From Takakia lepidozioides (lineage: Eukaryota > Plantae > Bryophyta), in the NCBI GenBank assembly GCA_030704615.1, contig CM060733.1, positions 18,724,001 to 18,788,000 on the forward strand: a DNA stretch of 64,000 bases, written 5' to 3'. The translations under genes and the position numbers were made by a program. Under the pieces are notes generated by a model. The model ran no database searches and was not told where the DNA came from. It saw nothing but the letters and a program-made list of their open reading frames with translations. Positions 1 through 14,424 of the stretch are shown piece by piece. Numbering within the stretch: the first letter of the stretch is position 1; every line of letters begins with the position of its first letter.

Positions 1-320
1 GTATCCTTTCAATACACTGGCTGATTCTTCTATAATATGGTGTTAATATCTATCATAGCTCTGAAATGCATGTGCTCAGCAGCTTTGGCTTTGGCTTGGT
101 AGTATCTGATGTGGTAGTCTTGTTTATCTAGTGCCGCACGAGGTGGTGTTAAACTTCTCTGGCTGTTGGAGCCAAAAGGACTTAGTCTCTACTTCCCACC
201 GACTCCCTGGCACGAAAGGTAAGCTGAAAATAAAGAAGAGACTGTAAAAGTATGATGGAGCCTGTTTCAGACAGCTGCTGTCATTAAAATTATTGGGTGA
301 TTTTGTATGAATCAGACATA

Positions 321-1139
321 TTATGTCTTGACATGACAACAGTAACGTCTCTCTCTGTGGACGCTTGTTGTTTCTCTTTGAACAATGTGTCCCGACTTTG
401 AGAGGGCATGTAACAAGAGAGACAATACCTTCTCAGAGGCAGGCGCATCTCGAAAGCTTCGGCACTCCGCAGATGGCCCGAGCGAATCCCTCACCATTTT
501 GCACACAAGTGAGGTGTAATCGACCCCCACAAAAGCTCCTGGCAAATCAGGCTCGACTTCAGCGTCCCTCCCTGCCACCTTCAACACTGCCTGGAAGAGT
601 CTGTGAATAAGTGTGAAAGGAAGGGCCCCAGCGTTCGGCAAGTCAGTATCATCTCCAATTGTCACCAACAGACAGACTGCATACGATTTTATGCTTGAAT
701 TCACTCCCTTCAGTCCCACTGTAGCTGGCTTGTGGAAAATTTTGGTCAGAGGAAGCTCAACTTCAGAAAAGAATTGTGGGTCACGCAGGCCAACGACCGA
801 GAGCCTTTCTCCCCATGATTGTGCCGAAAAGGCGGTTTTACTTAAAACAACAAGTGCCAAAACTACAAACATCAACAGTATGGTAGCCCGCGCCGGCGTG
901 AAGAAGGCCTTCCCGAACGTTCTGGCTATGGTGGAACCCCCTGTAACTTTCGCCCACACTGAATTCGAAAGATTGTTGGCCACGGTGGAAGCCGTCGTAA
1001 ATCTTGCCCACGCATCCTTCGCAAAGCTGGCGGTCATGGTGGAACCCTCTCTGTGTGGGTCTAAGGTTGCAGTCCATCTCAGTGGCACTGCTGGCCTGGG
1101 GTCATTCCGTCCCCCGCAAGTCTCCCTCTCTTCACCCAT
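321..1139 (-). other. Unassigned 272-aa ORF with one hydrophobic segment (possible host exon or TE remnant)
   Basis: Long ORF with a TM-like stretch (ATILLMFVVLALVVL); no recognisable domain; overlapped by a 195-aa + strand ORF. Confidence 0.25.
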
Positions 1140-1779
1140 AAAGAAAAATTCAAGAGAACCAGGGATTTGTTTTACTCACCCTTCCTCATGTCAATCTTGA
1201 AAAACCCACAAGTCTAAACTTCTCAGCCTCTTCTCAGTCAGACTGTTTGCAACCCCACAGCGCCATAGCTGATCATCCCTCGCTAAATGCGACTGCACTG
1301 AAAAATCTAAAAATTGAAACATCGAACTACATCAACTCAAATTCCACTCCAATGCAAAACTCACAGCATCGCAGTGAGCAACCACAGATTGAATCACCAC
1401 ATGGAGTCCGAGAAACGTAGCAAAGACCAGAATGAACTGGAAGATCTCCACACATTCAAGCTCTTGGGAACTTGAAACGAGTATTGCCAGATGGCCAGCT
1501 TGACTGCTAGGACGGGAAACAGTTTTCCACGCGTGCTGATTCTTCTTTCAACGAAAGCCCCGCTTTGAATATTGTACGCGCCCACCCATGCCCTGTCGGA
1601 TCCTCGGATAAATCTGGCCATGGCAGCTGTTCCCATGATTAGTGTTAGTGGCCATGAACACAATACATGCCGTAAGCAGGTCGAGAAGTCCAACGTTCGA
1701 CGTATTAACACGCTGATTCATACACATCATGCGAGTCAGCAAATCTGTTCTTTGTTGGAGGCAGGCGAGTCAATACCCA

Positions 1780-2110
1780 CTATCTATGAGACAACTAAGA
1801 TTCTGCATATTCTCGTAGGTGTATTCTCATATTCTCTTTGAAATTAAGATGGGCCTTAATTTTGGAGTTTCGATTCTTCAGCCGCTTCGTGCACTTACCC
1901 TTTGGCACATTTGGAAAGTAAGATGTGCATCATGGTTTGAAGGTAAGTTCCGGTAGGGAGTATGGCTGAAGGCTATAGATGAAGCCGCACTTGGTTTTTG
2001 CACAGAGTAGATTGCACAATTCAAGCACCCAGTATTGCCCATACTGGGCAATTGTTTCAACACACAAGCCACAGTGCAAATTGAGAAAGTGAATAGAGAT
2101 GTTGCCTGCA
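1780..2110 (+). pseudogene. Degenerate 3' remnant of an L1-like LINE ORF2
   Basis: Translates ...LRALTLWHIWKVRCASWFEG, resembling LRASTLWHIWKSWCAW at the end of the LINE at ~19220; stops and frameshifts present. Confidence 0.5.
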
Positions 2111-2940
2111 TTAACCGATCTCCGGGAAGCATAAAAGCTCTTGTTTGGGACCAAATGACCAAAGCAAAGTCTCCATGAACTCAATATCGCCTGAGTTACA
2201 TAGCTTGCATTCACGGGGAGGGTTAGAAATCACAGAGCCAAAGGGGAGAATCTTGTGCGTTAGTCTAAAGAGGAAGGCCAAAATCTTGGCAGGGCGGGAT
2301 TTTAGCCAAATATCTTTCCAAACCGGCGTCCAATTTGCTAGGAGTTGTTTGAAAAGTTCCCATTTGGAGTCCATTTGCAAAAACTGGTTGTGAGCGAATA
2401 GGCCAGTTTCGTGGTTAAAGCAAAAAAAAACTCTTTGTTTCTAGAGCTTGACATGCATATCCTGCGGTTATTTGCCGGTTATGCACATATGGAAAGTGCA
2501 GCCCTCATAGGAGCCTTTGGGGGGGCACTTCCAAATATTTCGAAACTACGTGCAAAAAAATTTTGCGATACAATATATTCGTTGTAGATAAAATTTAAAA
2601 AACAATTACAAATAAAAAAGGGTACCAATATATCATGGTTTTGGAATTTAAATGAATATAGGGTATGAATATAGACTATTTTTCTTTCTTACCAATAGGG
2701 TCTTGATAAATATTTGGGACACATGTCGTCTAGTTACTGGTTTATCAGGTGGGCTAGATTTGGATTTGGGGACTTTATGATGACACTTGGTTCATATGGG
2801 AGTTTGAGTTTAGGGTGGAGGATATTTCTGCGGCCAATAGATCTTTTCAATAAACCAACGACAACAACAGTAATGGTCCTCTTAAATTATTTCTTGAAAT
2901 CTAGAGGGCACCTTAAATTCAAGGATTATGTAACAGATAG

Positions 2941-4886
2941 CTCCTGACGACTTCCATCCCCTCTTACGCCACCCCACTGGTGTTCATCTACAAGCCACCA
3001 TTGAACCAGACCAACTCAAATACACACACACCCCCCCTCTCCCCAAATACCTCCAGCAAAAAAGAACCATCCTTAACCCTTATCCAACTCGCCCAACGCA
3101 CCCCTCCGATAAATACTCCCCCCTCCTTCCTAAAAAATCTCCACAAACTGCTCACACAAACCGATGACAGCCACCATCGTCTCCCCATACAGAACTAACT
3201 CACCCACACCCAACCATGAAAACACCCCCCTTCCTCTCCTCAATATCAAACCTAATAAGGCATGGCTAAAGCGATACCACGCCCACCACACACCACCCCT
3301 AACACGGCCCCACCCACTATCCCCCAGCAGTACCAACAAACCATCCCCCTTAGATTTCCCTCTTCCCACTCTCACCACACGGATGGATCTCTCATACAAT
3401 CCAATGCCGGATATGGCGTGTATCACGCAGCCACCCAATTACAAGGTGTCGCCCTCCGACTACCGGGCCCCACCACAATTTTACGTGCTGAGCTTATGAC
3501 GATCCATGAGGCCATATCAAGGATGGACGCCTTCCTTCCTCCCTACTATATTTTCACTGACAGTCTTACTTCACTCTTCCTTATCAAGAACCACATCGCC
3601 CGCCCGTCATCCCACCACCACCACCCTGACTGCAACCTTGTCACGGCCATTGTTCAACTATCTCTCTCCAAACCACACCCCATCCACTTCCGCAAAGTCC
3701 GCTCACACACCGGGAGCCCAGACCCACCCGCACCTAGACCTGTCCGCAACTTCCTAGCCACCTTCTCTCGGGAGGCTAACAAACAAGCAGCTGCATTAAT
3801 TAGCCATACTAAGGTCCACATTCAGAAGTGGACACAATCCACGGTGCTACACCATAAACTATCAAACCATTTTTGGATTACCAAAATCACTACAGATGCA
3901 CAAATCCGCCAAACCCTTAAATTCAAATATGCCCAGTATATGAGCCACCAACGCAAACACATTTTTTGGCCACGCCTCTTCCCATCCGCATTCTGCCCAT
4001 TCTGTTCACACACCCACCAGGAACATGACACCTGGTCGCACCTACTCAGCCAATGCACGCATCCCATTATACACGGCCTTCATATCACTCGCCATAACCA
4101 ATCAGTCTGACATATCCACAAACTACTTCGCAGCCGTGCCAAAACCAGATGGTTCACACTCCTTAACGCAGACACGTACCAAGGCCGCCCACCCGATCAC
4201 ACTGTCCCACCATGGCTGCTCCCATGCTCCTGTCTTTCCCGACCATGCACCTGTCCAGCTAGACTCTGCCCAGACATTCTAATGGTGCAGGGTCTACCCA
4301 TGAATGCCCCACATCCTATCACATCATCCCCATCACTCACTATTCACTTCATCGAATTCACATTCTGTCATGACCGCTACCCACATGACTCTATCTTGTA
4401 AAAACGACAAAAATATGCTCCACTCATCCTCGTTATTTGTGGACGAGGATGGCGCATCGGCCCTCTAATCGTCATCACGGCGGGTACTGGAGGCTGCATA
4501 CACAATGCCAGCATCAATGACCTACATAACAACTTTCAAATCCCTATCTCCTCTATCCACAAATGTTTCCAAGCCATCCACCTCACAACCCTTCGTTCTC
4601 TTACAACTATTATCACCAATAAACGAAAACTAGAATCCGACCCCACAACACTGTCATAGATACCCTGGGGGGGGTGCCCCTCGGGGGGGGTATCCCCCCC
4701 CCCCCAAGGTACCCTCTTATATCTGGCACCATAGCACACATACCCCAGGTTACTAGGTGTCCAACCGGACACCTATGTTTATTATAGGACCTACCCCCGA
4801 TAGGGGGTAGTAGCCACAAGGTGAAGTGGCTCTTAGTTACGCCGGCTTCGGTCGGAGTCTTCTCTCTCTCTCTCTCTCTCTCTCTC
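2941..4886 (+). mobile_element. 5'-truncated non-LTR retrotransposon, Dualen/RandI-like (RNase H, CCHC, restriction-like endonuclease)
   Basis: 10-bp TSD taacagatag at 2931-2940 and 4887-4896; (CT)n tail; RNase H (HTDGS..RAEL..IFTDS..KVRSHTG); CPFC..H...C finger; RLCPDIL..FIEF..KRQKY RLE motif. Confidence 0.85.
3262..4659 (+). pseudogene. C-terminal part of retrotransposon ORF: RNase H, zinc finger, PD-(D/E)xK RLE
   Basis: ORF 3262-4110 continues in the same frame past stops; the RNase H C-terminal GNExAD motif is missing. Confidence 0.8.
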
Positions 4887-5999
4887 TAACAGATAGTAAA
4901 TGAATAGACATAGATTCAATCATTAGTTCAATTACTATGATTTTGACCAAGTTCAGAATGCTTACAGCTTGAATACTACTGATGCCCAAGCTTTGGATGA
5001 GTTTGATTCGACCAAGTAATGGACTATTTTCTATTGTAAAAAAATTCTTTTATTGTATTGTTACTATATCGTGCCTGAAATTGGCTAACAACAGTAAAAT
5101 ATAATTAATATAGCCTGTCAAAAAATCCAGCATTTTATAAAATTATGTAAGTATAGGGTGGCCGATAAAGACCAAAATTAAAATAATACCCCATACAAAA
5201 TACCCTTTTTGGCACGTGATATATAAAAGATATAGGGAGTGCCCCCCCCCCCCCGAGGCAGGAACCAACTATGGAAAGGAACTGGCAAAAACCATCGAGC
5301 ATCCTAACCGGCTAGAGAACCGGCATTGTGATTGTAAGGCTGTTATACCGGAGCAAATGTGGATGGCCTAGAGGCGGGTCTAGATAACACAAGTGTAGGG
5401 GGTGGTGATGGTAGTTAAGAACATTACAAATGGACAGATCCTAAGTGGAATGTTATGTCTTACTAATAACAAAACGTTTATAATGGTTGGGAGATTAGGT
5501 ACACAACATTGAGAATGTCCAAGTAAATAGGAAATTAATTAGTTTGGGTATATGGCTAAAACATTAGTTGTAAACTTAGTGTATTACAGGGGCATAGCCC
5601 CCAGCCTGAAGGCAAAGAGATAGATGATAGGGGTTGAATGTTTGAACCCCAGACCCACAGGCCAAGTGGCTTACCACAAGGGCACAGCCCTCTTGTGTAG
5701 TTTTACACATATACACAAAAATGCTAAAAATAATAATAAATAATAAATAATAAAAATTGGATAAATCCCATAACCGGTACCATGGAATTGGCAATTTTTA
5801 AGATGGCATAACCGACAGATTGAGAACCGGCCAAAAATAAAATTCATGTGTTTAATGGAGATGTTTTTCAAACCTATTGGTATACCCTGCCCCGGCCATC
5901 CATTTTTTGCAAAGAGTACGCCATAATTGGGACTGGAAGAGGGCTCAAACATGGTACCCGGCCAACATTGGATTCAACCCCATTCCCCATGGTTGAATT

Positions 6000-8278
6000 G
6001 GACTTTTGAGAGAGGCGAGTTACCAAACCAAAGCAATTCCCTTCAGTCTGTAGTTCCCTTGACCCATATCAAACTTTATAGCATGAACCAAATGTGAATA
6101 TATCACAGCCTTCGGGATATCATCTTTACACAATTTGTAGTAACGCTCATCGTGGCCAGATCTTTCATAATTTCTACACAACAAATGTACATAGCTATAT
6201 ATCTTAATGGTATTAATCTCAAAAACTTGTCCTAGCATGCTAATAATTCATTGGAAGGGTTATAAGGTAGATTGACAGTTCTGATCTGTCAACGACCACC
6301 ACATCCCCAGCTTCAAATTTGTTTCTCTACCTATCGATAAAGTCAATATTGACCATGTACTTTCTTTCTCACATAAAACGATCCAAAAGCAATCCCCTTC
6401 TCTGTTCCCTTTAGCCACCTTAACAACAAAATAATCACCTACTTGTAAGTTGTAACAAATCTGATAATCTGTAATGATGACCCATATATTGGTCATTTGA
6501 ATCATCATTAGGACGACCTCATTGATGGTTTGACAGGGATGCCACAGTGCCTTCAAAGTGCACAATTTCCACCATCGTGCTTGGCTTATATTCTCGCATC
6601 GTCCCAATTACCATGAATACAAGAAGCACAAAAACATGCAAATGCTTTTACTCGCAATAATGTTGGATTCTACTCACAGAAACCCAAATTAGAATGGACA
6701 GACCTCACTACTTTTATTACATCACAATCAAAGGCATGGGAACGATCAATGTCACATTTCAGAACCTCCCAAAACACCTTGGTAATCTACTGACCCAACC
6801 CACCCCCACCCCCTTTCATATGAGGACATTCTCCATTCTGACCAATGTTGTCTTTAACCATGAGGTTGCATCTTTCGCATTTTGAAGCTTTGCCCTATTT
6901 GTTTTCAACTGCTCTCGACTTGGTGCATTTTTCCCTACAGCTCCTTGACCATCGTGTTCTCCTTTTCCATGCCCAAATCCAAAGAAACTCCAAAGCATTT
7001 GGACATGATATCGATGGATACCTTGTGGCTACAAAGTAGAAAGCTCATCTATTTTTGAATTGCAAAGCTGCACCATCTTACCACTGTACCCATTGTTGGG
7101 AAAACTTTATATCATTATCGGCTGAACATGCAAATGCATCCTACACCATACATTGTCATCCGATGAGCATGGACCACCCTCTAGTTGACAGCAAACCCGA
7201 AACCAATCACTAGAAAACTACCATCTCAACGATTATTATACCAATCATTGTACCAACTAACCATTGCGCACTACTCCAAGCACACATCTATTAATCTAAT
7301 CATGATTCTCTTCATGCATGTGAAAGCAAGTCTAGCAACAACACAAATTTACCTGAAAGCATGTTGAACAAACAAAATATTGACATGTTCATGACCATAA
7401 GAGAGGTAACGATGAATCACCTTCAATGATTCTCCTCCCCCCATCCTCTGTACCACTTCCCAATTCATGATAATAGATTATATGCACAAGGATTTGATCA
7501 TAATACCAATGCATGGATTGTATCTCATTTTGCTCTTTGAAGCTATAATTCTCAACGAAGTCAAGAACTAACAGGTCCACCATATCGACAAAAAAACCCC
7601 TCAAACATTTTCTGAATTACTTGTCTTGCCAATGTACAGTAAAATTGAGTTTCACAAACTCTTTCAGCTTATCTTTTAATAAAAGACAATAGTGAGGCAG
7701 GGCTTTGTACAAATTTCAAATTCACCCTTTTTGGCATCCCCCTTCTTAGCAAATCCAATGATTTCGCTTTCAAAGTGCTTCCATCTAACCATCCCAAAAT
7801 CTGGAATGTCGTCGTCCTCATGCTGCAAAGGTATCATCGGCAATTCTTCAAACGGACACAATGATAGTTTTTGAACTCCACATTCCCAACATCTCTCCAT
7901 CACATAATCAAGGTTATGTCATTCACCATCTGGCATCAACAGGCTTTGGGCATAAATTAAACTCGTAAAACTCTCTTATGGAATGGGTGCATGACATGAT
8001 CATGCAAAGACATTGCAGCCACCATTGACAAGTGGATCCCTTGACTTGCAAATCTCATGATAATCACACCCATATAATGGTCCATGGATGGTGGACGATT
8101 TATGTCCCATTGAGTTGATAACTTCCTTAATATCCATCATCTCTACATGATAAATACAAGATCACACAACTCTGTCCTTAAAATATCTCTCCACATAGAA
8201 GGGTTTTAGGTAGTAAAAAATCCTCTGCCCCACCTCAATGTTTAGATATTTTTCTTTGAATGTCATGTATAATTGAGT
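6000..8278 (-). pseudogene. Sola2-like DDD transposase, core and C-terminal exons, degenerate
   Basis: Motifs LDFVENYSFKEQNEIQSMHW, W*DGAALQFKN, WSFFGFGHGKGEHDGQGA; TQLYMTFKEKY..LKPFYV follows the acceptor ttgcag at 8280; many stops and frameshifts. Confidence 0.75.
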
Positions 8279-8417
8279 CTGCAAATAAACAATACAACAT
8301 CAATATGAGGGTAGAAGAAGATAAGATGATAGTAGTATACTGTTGCACTATTGCATATGTAGTAACCTTAAACCATATCCAACTGTAGTACTATGTTGCA
8401 TGTGCACTATATAATCT

Positions 8418-8672
8418 CGGGGAGACCACTTCCAAATATTCCGATACTACGTGCAAAAAAATATAGGGTACAATATATTCTTGGCATATATTAAGATTTA
8501 TAAAACAATTACAAATAAATATAGATACCAATAAATCGTGGTTTCAAAATTTAAATTAATATAGGATGTGAAATATAAAAGCTTTATATTTATTTATTAC
8601 AACTACCAATAGGGTCTTGATAAATACCTGGGACACGTATCGTCTAGTTACTGATTTATCAGGTGGGCTAGA
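8418..8672 (+). repeat. Second copy of the left end of the 2519-5254 element
   Basis: Direct similarity to 2519-2760 (cacttccaaatatt..actacgtgcaaaaaa..taccaatagggtcttgataaat..tttatcaggtgggctaga). Confidence 0.8.
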
Positions 8673-9530
8673 CTAGTCATATATGTACTAATTTCTGAGT
8701 TCTAGGATGAAAACTGCAAACAAATGATGTTCATCTAGTTTTTCCATGTGAGTAGGGTTACGTGAAGAGGTAGCATGTTGTGTGGTGTTGATGCTCTCAA
8801 TCTAACACTGAACATTTTGCTAGGCAAATCGCGTTCTATGGTATCGTGCTTGCTCAGTCCGGATCACAGAAATTCAAGTTTCCCATTTTGCAAGCCCACC
8901 ATCATCACCTCTTCATCCTGGATCTCTCTTAACTCTCCCACAAGTAAGCGGCGCACCAGTGGCCGAAACCAGCTACCCCAAACCCCCTCCACACTCTCAC
9001 TATCGCTTCTCACCTACTCTCTAAGTCATCCAGTCTCAGCTCTTATCTTTCTAAACTCTATTCACTGCCCCCACTGCGAACAGTCTTGTTTTCGTGTCTT
9101 CTTCTTAACTCTCCTTCCTAAGTTTCTCTTCTCTCCGATATGGGTCCTCTCAATGCCGCGCAGCGCCGTCGCAACTCCAACTCCTGGAAACGGTGCCATC
9201 CAGGCCCATCCAGAACCCCGCTGATCACCCGACCCCAGCCATCCTCAGGAACAGGATTCTTCCTGGCCCACCAGGCTCAGGCGATCCTTCCACATCAGCT
9301 CCAGGCCAGGAGGTCAGACCCCCTCATGCTCGCGTCACACCATCTACAGACCAGGTGGCCGGGAACCCCCGTATGCGAGATACAGCCCGCACATCAGCAA
9401 GTACAAGCTCGTCAGGGGGAAATCGCTCCAACCATAGACAACACATCCCTGGACGAACATGCCTTTCTGTTGAAAGAAGATTTGGAAGAACAGGAGGCGA
9501 TGGCATGCGAATGGGATCTTATCTCCATGA

Positions 9531-10421
9531 ATGTACCTCAGATGCGCAATAGTGGTATCTCTGGAAGAAAGAGGCATCCTGGCCCACTTTCCAGGGAGAA
9601 AAGTTGGCCGAGCATATGTCCGAGACTGGGCGACTCGCCACTTTGGGGGAGCAGGGGAGCTAAAGCAGCACTTCTGCCACTACAAGGGTAGGGGTTTTTT
9701 CTCAATTTCATTTGAAAACCAAGCAGCTGCAACACAAGCCCTCAATTTTAATCCTCACCTGTATGGGTTCAACGTCAATATCTTCCCTTGGTCATCCAAC
9801 ATGGGCAACCGGAATGGCAAACTGTGGGGACCAAGAATTGTATCAGTCCCATTCATTCTAGATCAATATCTACCCAACCTCCCTGATATAGCCAACCACT
9901 TTGGGTTTTATCTGGGCTGCATCTCAGTATTCGACCCCTTCATGTGTATGGACAATATCAGGAACGATCCGGCTTGGAGAGCCACCACCATTGCCTCAAG
10001 AGTGAATGACTCGGGTAGTGCAAAATTTGTTTTAATGATGCCCAATGAGGCTGTCCTTCTGCCCTATGTCAGGCTACCAATTGATGAGGAAGGTAACTAC
10101 TTCACCATCAAGCTTATTGAGGATACATCATCACAAGCGTGCTTCAATTGTGGAAAGTTGGGCCACATCAAAGCACAATGCAAAGCACAAAAAAGGAGAA
10201 GATCCGGTGTCAAAAACCATCATACAACCCCCCATTCGGCCAACAGGTATGATGCAAACACACCACCAAGGCAGTCTGCAAGCTTTGTAAGGAGGGAACA
10301 GCCAAAGGGCCTCACCCCAACTGATCTGCTACAGATGCATGGGCTTGCCGAGGAGGAAGCAACGCAGCCCAAAAGCACCAGCCCCTTACCCAGAGTAAAC
10401 AAAAAAGCTAAGACAACATGA
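9531..10421 (+). pseudogene. LINE ORF1 core (RRM/DUF4283-like region plus CCHC zinc knuckle)
   Basis: KGRGFFSISF..ALNFNP..IFPWS and CFNCGKLGHIKAQC; flanking low-complexity ORFs (9140-11830) are probably frameshifted parts of the same ORF1. Confidence 0.8.
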
Positions 10422-12587
10422 TGATCCTATGTGAGCGGAAGCATCACCAAAAAAGGCTTCTTGGAACTCCAAAGGGAAATGGATCCCAATGCAGAATGCA
10501 CTGCCTTCTCCAACTCCACCTCTGGCAGACACAGGAATTCTCCCCAACGTGCCTCCGCCAAAAACCACAATCCTCACTGGGATTGCCAGCCACTCCGCAA
10601 TTGCAAAAAAAATCAGAGGTATCAAATCCTTCCCACACCTCGCTCTTAAGTGCTCCTCTGCAATCAACACAGATGACATCCCCAAGGCCTCATGCATAAC
10701 CCCGTTAGTGTTCAGGAAAGGACCCCCACAGTCCCTTCTTGTCACAGAATCGGCATGGGAGGATTTTGCTTCCTTGTGGATTACTGTTCAGGACGTTCAC
10801 AACTTCATTGCCAATTGTCCACCCAGCACATGTCCAGAAAATATGCTCAAAAAGAAAATTCAGGACTTCTTGCTGGCTTTCCTACCGCACTATCACCTAG
10901 CAGGAACCACAAAAGTATTCTGGGACTCCTTTCTGGAAAACTTCCCTGGGCTCAGTTGCAACCCAGCAGTGCATATCCTCGCTTTGTTAGAGGAAGCTGA
11001 CATTTACCTCAACCCGCCATCCACGGGGGCAATCTGGGTCAAAAAGCATCTTGGCAGAGCCAAGAGGGGGTCACTAGACTCAAACCCAGATTCAGGGACA
11101 CACTCGCAAATGCATTCTCCATCCTTGAGGCCATCATGGAAGCGGATATTGATGAAGAAAACCACAGAGGAGACCTGCAGAGAACAAGAGACCACTTGTA
11201 TGGTGTACAAGTGCAGTCCACATCCTCCTCATCGAGTGTTTCGGGAAGTTCGGACTGCCCAAAGGAGGCCGCACAGGATCAGGAGCTATCTGCCAACGCA
11301 ATTCAGGGACTCACTACTCAGCCCCAGCTTTCTTCAAACAATTCTCCACAGGAAGGATCAACCCAGGGACAACACGCACCTCTATTTGGCCCATCTTCGG
11401 AAGAGCAATGCAACACACTAGGCCAGGTTTTCTTCCTCCCGCTCCCTGTTTTATCTTCTACCTAGACAGACTCAATTCCAAAAGATGTTGGTTGCTTTGT
11501 TGCAAGGGAGTTAAACAGGCTTGCAGGAAAATCCCGACAATTTCTTTGCCTCAAACGCTAGCTTTACCTTATACACATGTCTCTAGTCCTGAATCTCCCA
11601 CACCACCACTTCAGTTACATCCGCCCGCAGAATTCCTACAAAAAGCAGGCAGTCTTATTTCTATCTCAGCTCTCCAGCCACACCAAGGCCAATTTACTGC
11701 CACACTCCCGCCAAATCTTATTCACACTGTCATCATGGTGATGATAAAAAAACAAACCCCCAAGCCTCCCACTGGTTCAATGGGTAAACACCCTGCTCCC
11801 CACAGACAAAAGGGTCAAATTCTATTTTGATCACCCTGGTCCATCAAATGTGAGTAATACTCTAGCACTAGAAGTCCCTCTTCATGTTGATTAACGTGGA
11901 CTCTTGGAATATTCGGGGTCTGGGCCAGGGGCCAGACTCCCTTAAAAGAGTCAGGCTTCGATCTTGGCTCAGCCCTATGCTACAGCAAGACGCCATAGTA
12001 GCCATTCAAGAACATAAACTAAACACACCCAAAATCTTAGAACTCTCAGATCACTTGTGGCCCAAAACTCTATCTCTTCGGAAACCCACGTCGGTGGGCT
12101 CTAGGGGAGGTACTGCCATCCTCCTATCTCCCTCCATCCACGCTCTCTCACTACAACAGATTGCGGCTTTTACGACTCCCATGGGTGCGCAGTCATGATA
12201 GATTTGTGGCAGAAATGCCATTTGCAGTCGTAAAATGCTTTTGAAGTCATAATGCAGGTCTGGGGAAGGCGAATATGCGACTGCATGGCTCCGGACTCTG
12301 CGGAACACAGGTCAAACATGTTTGACCACGAATATTGGCATGGTAGATATGACTACCAGTCACGGTCATGGCTACACTAGAATGACGTGTGTATATTGCT
12401 AGAAAGACATGTGACTTCATGACTCTCACTCTAATGCATTCTGCCAGATCATCACATGGATGAATCACTACATGACTGCACATGTCAACACATGTTTTTC
12501 TGGTTACATATATAATATATGAGTATTTATATTTTGAAAAAACGGAGACTCTGACCACTAGAATCAATTTTTTTTTTTTAAAAACAC

Positions 12588-12793
12588 ATCGGCTGGTAAG
12601 TGCATAGTGTGTCGCCCTGGTGGTTTGGGGTTCAAACCCGCTGCCTTATCCCGTGTGTGGGATTGTTCGTGACAGTATGTCTGGGCGTTGATCGTCCTGT
12701 ACGTCTTATGGCCCATAAATGAAGGCGGGTGAATTTTCCCCCCTCCTCAAGGACCTGTGGTTTCCTTTAAGAAAAGAAAAAAAAGAAAAAAAA
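12588..12793 (+). mobile_element. Probable tRNA-derived SINE inside Pack-CACTA 1
   Basis: A-box-like ggctggtaag, B-box ggttcaaaccc, A-rich tail. Confidence 0.5.
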
Positions 12794-13039
12794 TCAAAGA
12801 GGGGCTTTTAGGGTTTACAAAAAGGTTAAAAAACTTAAAAAGTTGCCCATCACGGTAGCGTGAACAGACTTAGAGCGAGCGGGAGGGAGAGAGAGAGAGG
12901 GTTGGGACTTAGAGCGAGCGAGCGGGAGAGAGGGCAAACATGCATGGGAGGCCCGCAGTTGGATCAACCTTCGCATTTGGAGCAAGCAACCCTAGAAACG
13001 CTACGGTATGTGTGCGAGGAGGTTTCGGCTGGGAGCCCG

Positions 13040-13950
13040 CCGTTCTTGGGAGAGTCAGCTTCGTCTTAGCAGGCCGTGTTTCAATCTCTACCCGCTCGGC
13101 CCTGATTTTACAGCACGGAGCAGAGCTGGCATGAGTTTCTAAAAGATCCTTCACGATGGTGGGACAACCGCAATCGCAAGGTGTGGCTTTTTCTTAATGT
13201 ACGATGTGAAGAAGTTTGTCCATCCTGCAAATGTGGGTTGTTGGCTCCTGTTAGTACCATGATTTGGTATTCTTCCTGATGTTTACAAGGTTCTTGGGAG
13301 AGTTAGCTTGGTCTTAGCAGGCAGTGTTTCAATCTCTGCCCACTCAACTGCACCGTGGTGGTTCTCACTGACCAATCCGACATTACCTGACTACAGAAAC
13401 AAGCAGCACACTGAAGAGGTCCTCTTGGGTTCATGGTCAGTCAAATCCTCCATGGGCCATGACACAAGGTCGAGGACAATGTGGTGAGGGCACCTTCTTC
13501 TTCGACCTATTTCAGCCTGTTTTGCCCTCTCATCAGACTCGGCCCTTCATTTGCAGCACGAAGCAGAGTTGGCATGAGATTTTTAAAGATCCTTCACGAT
13601 GGTGTGACAACCGCAATGGCAAGGTGTGGCTTTTCCTTAATGTACGATGTGAAGAAGTTTGTCCATCCTGCAAATGTGGGCTGTTGGCTCCTGTTAGTAC
13701 CATGATTTGGTATTCTTCCTGATGTTTCAAGGTTCTTGGGAGAGTCAGCTTGGTCTTAGCAGGCCGTGTTTCAATCTCTGCCTGCTCATCTGCACCGTGC
13801 TGGTTCTCACAGACCAATCCGACATTACCTGACTACAAGACACAAGCAGCACACACAAGAGGTCCTTTTGGGTTGATGGTCGGTCAAATCCTCTATGGGT
13901 TCTTCTTCGACCTATTTCAGCCTGTTTTGCCTCTCATCAGACTCGGCCTT
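13040..13950 (+). repeat. Internal tandem duplications of Pack-CACTA cargo
   Basis: gttcttgggagag(t/c)agctt..gtcttagcaggc at ~13042, 13290, 13733; also at 46044. Confidence 0.8.
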
Positions 13951-14424
13951 GAGATGCATATTGAATTATGTAAGTTAGCTCGTTGCTCATTGATAAGTAG
14001 GGTTGGGGGTGTTTGCTGGAATGATTGTTGTATGCATGATTTTGTGCAGAGGCATAGATAGCTGAAGGAGCAGGGATAGAGTGTGGAAGAGGGTCAGATT
14101 TCAAGCTCCAGATTATCTATGATTCCCTGTGGAAGGATAGATACAAGAAACCTGCATGGGTAGATGGTCAATTGGAAGCCGCAGCAGCAACAGCACAATT
14201 GATACAATCAAGCACTGCTAATGAAGGCACCTTCTGAAACACATTTCACCCTATTTTCCCCTCTTATCAGAATCGGCCCTAAATTTTCATGTTCAATTCT
14301 GCAAGTTAGCTGGTTGAGTGAATCTAGTTGGAATGACTTTGACATGATACTGCCAATGTGACAAGAGTATGCTTTGAACCCATTGGTAGCGGGATATTGG
14401 GATATCTCTTGGCCATGTGCCATC

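Larger units (their letters stand above)
2519..5254. mobile_element. Non-autonomous TIR DNA transposon with GGGGGGCACT termini (possibly Sola2-type)
   Basis: Left end ggggggcacttccaaatatttcgaaactacgtgcaaaaa; right-end reverse complement ggggggcactccctatatcttttatatatcacgtgccaaaaa; left end recurs at 8418-8670; no TSD resolved. Confidence 0.65.
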
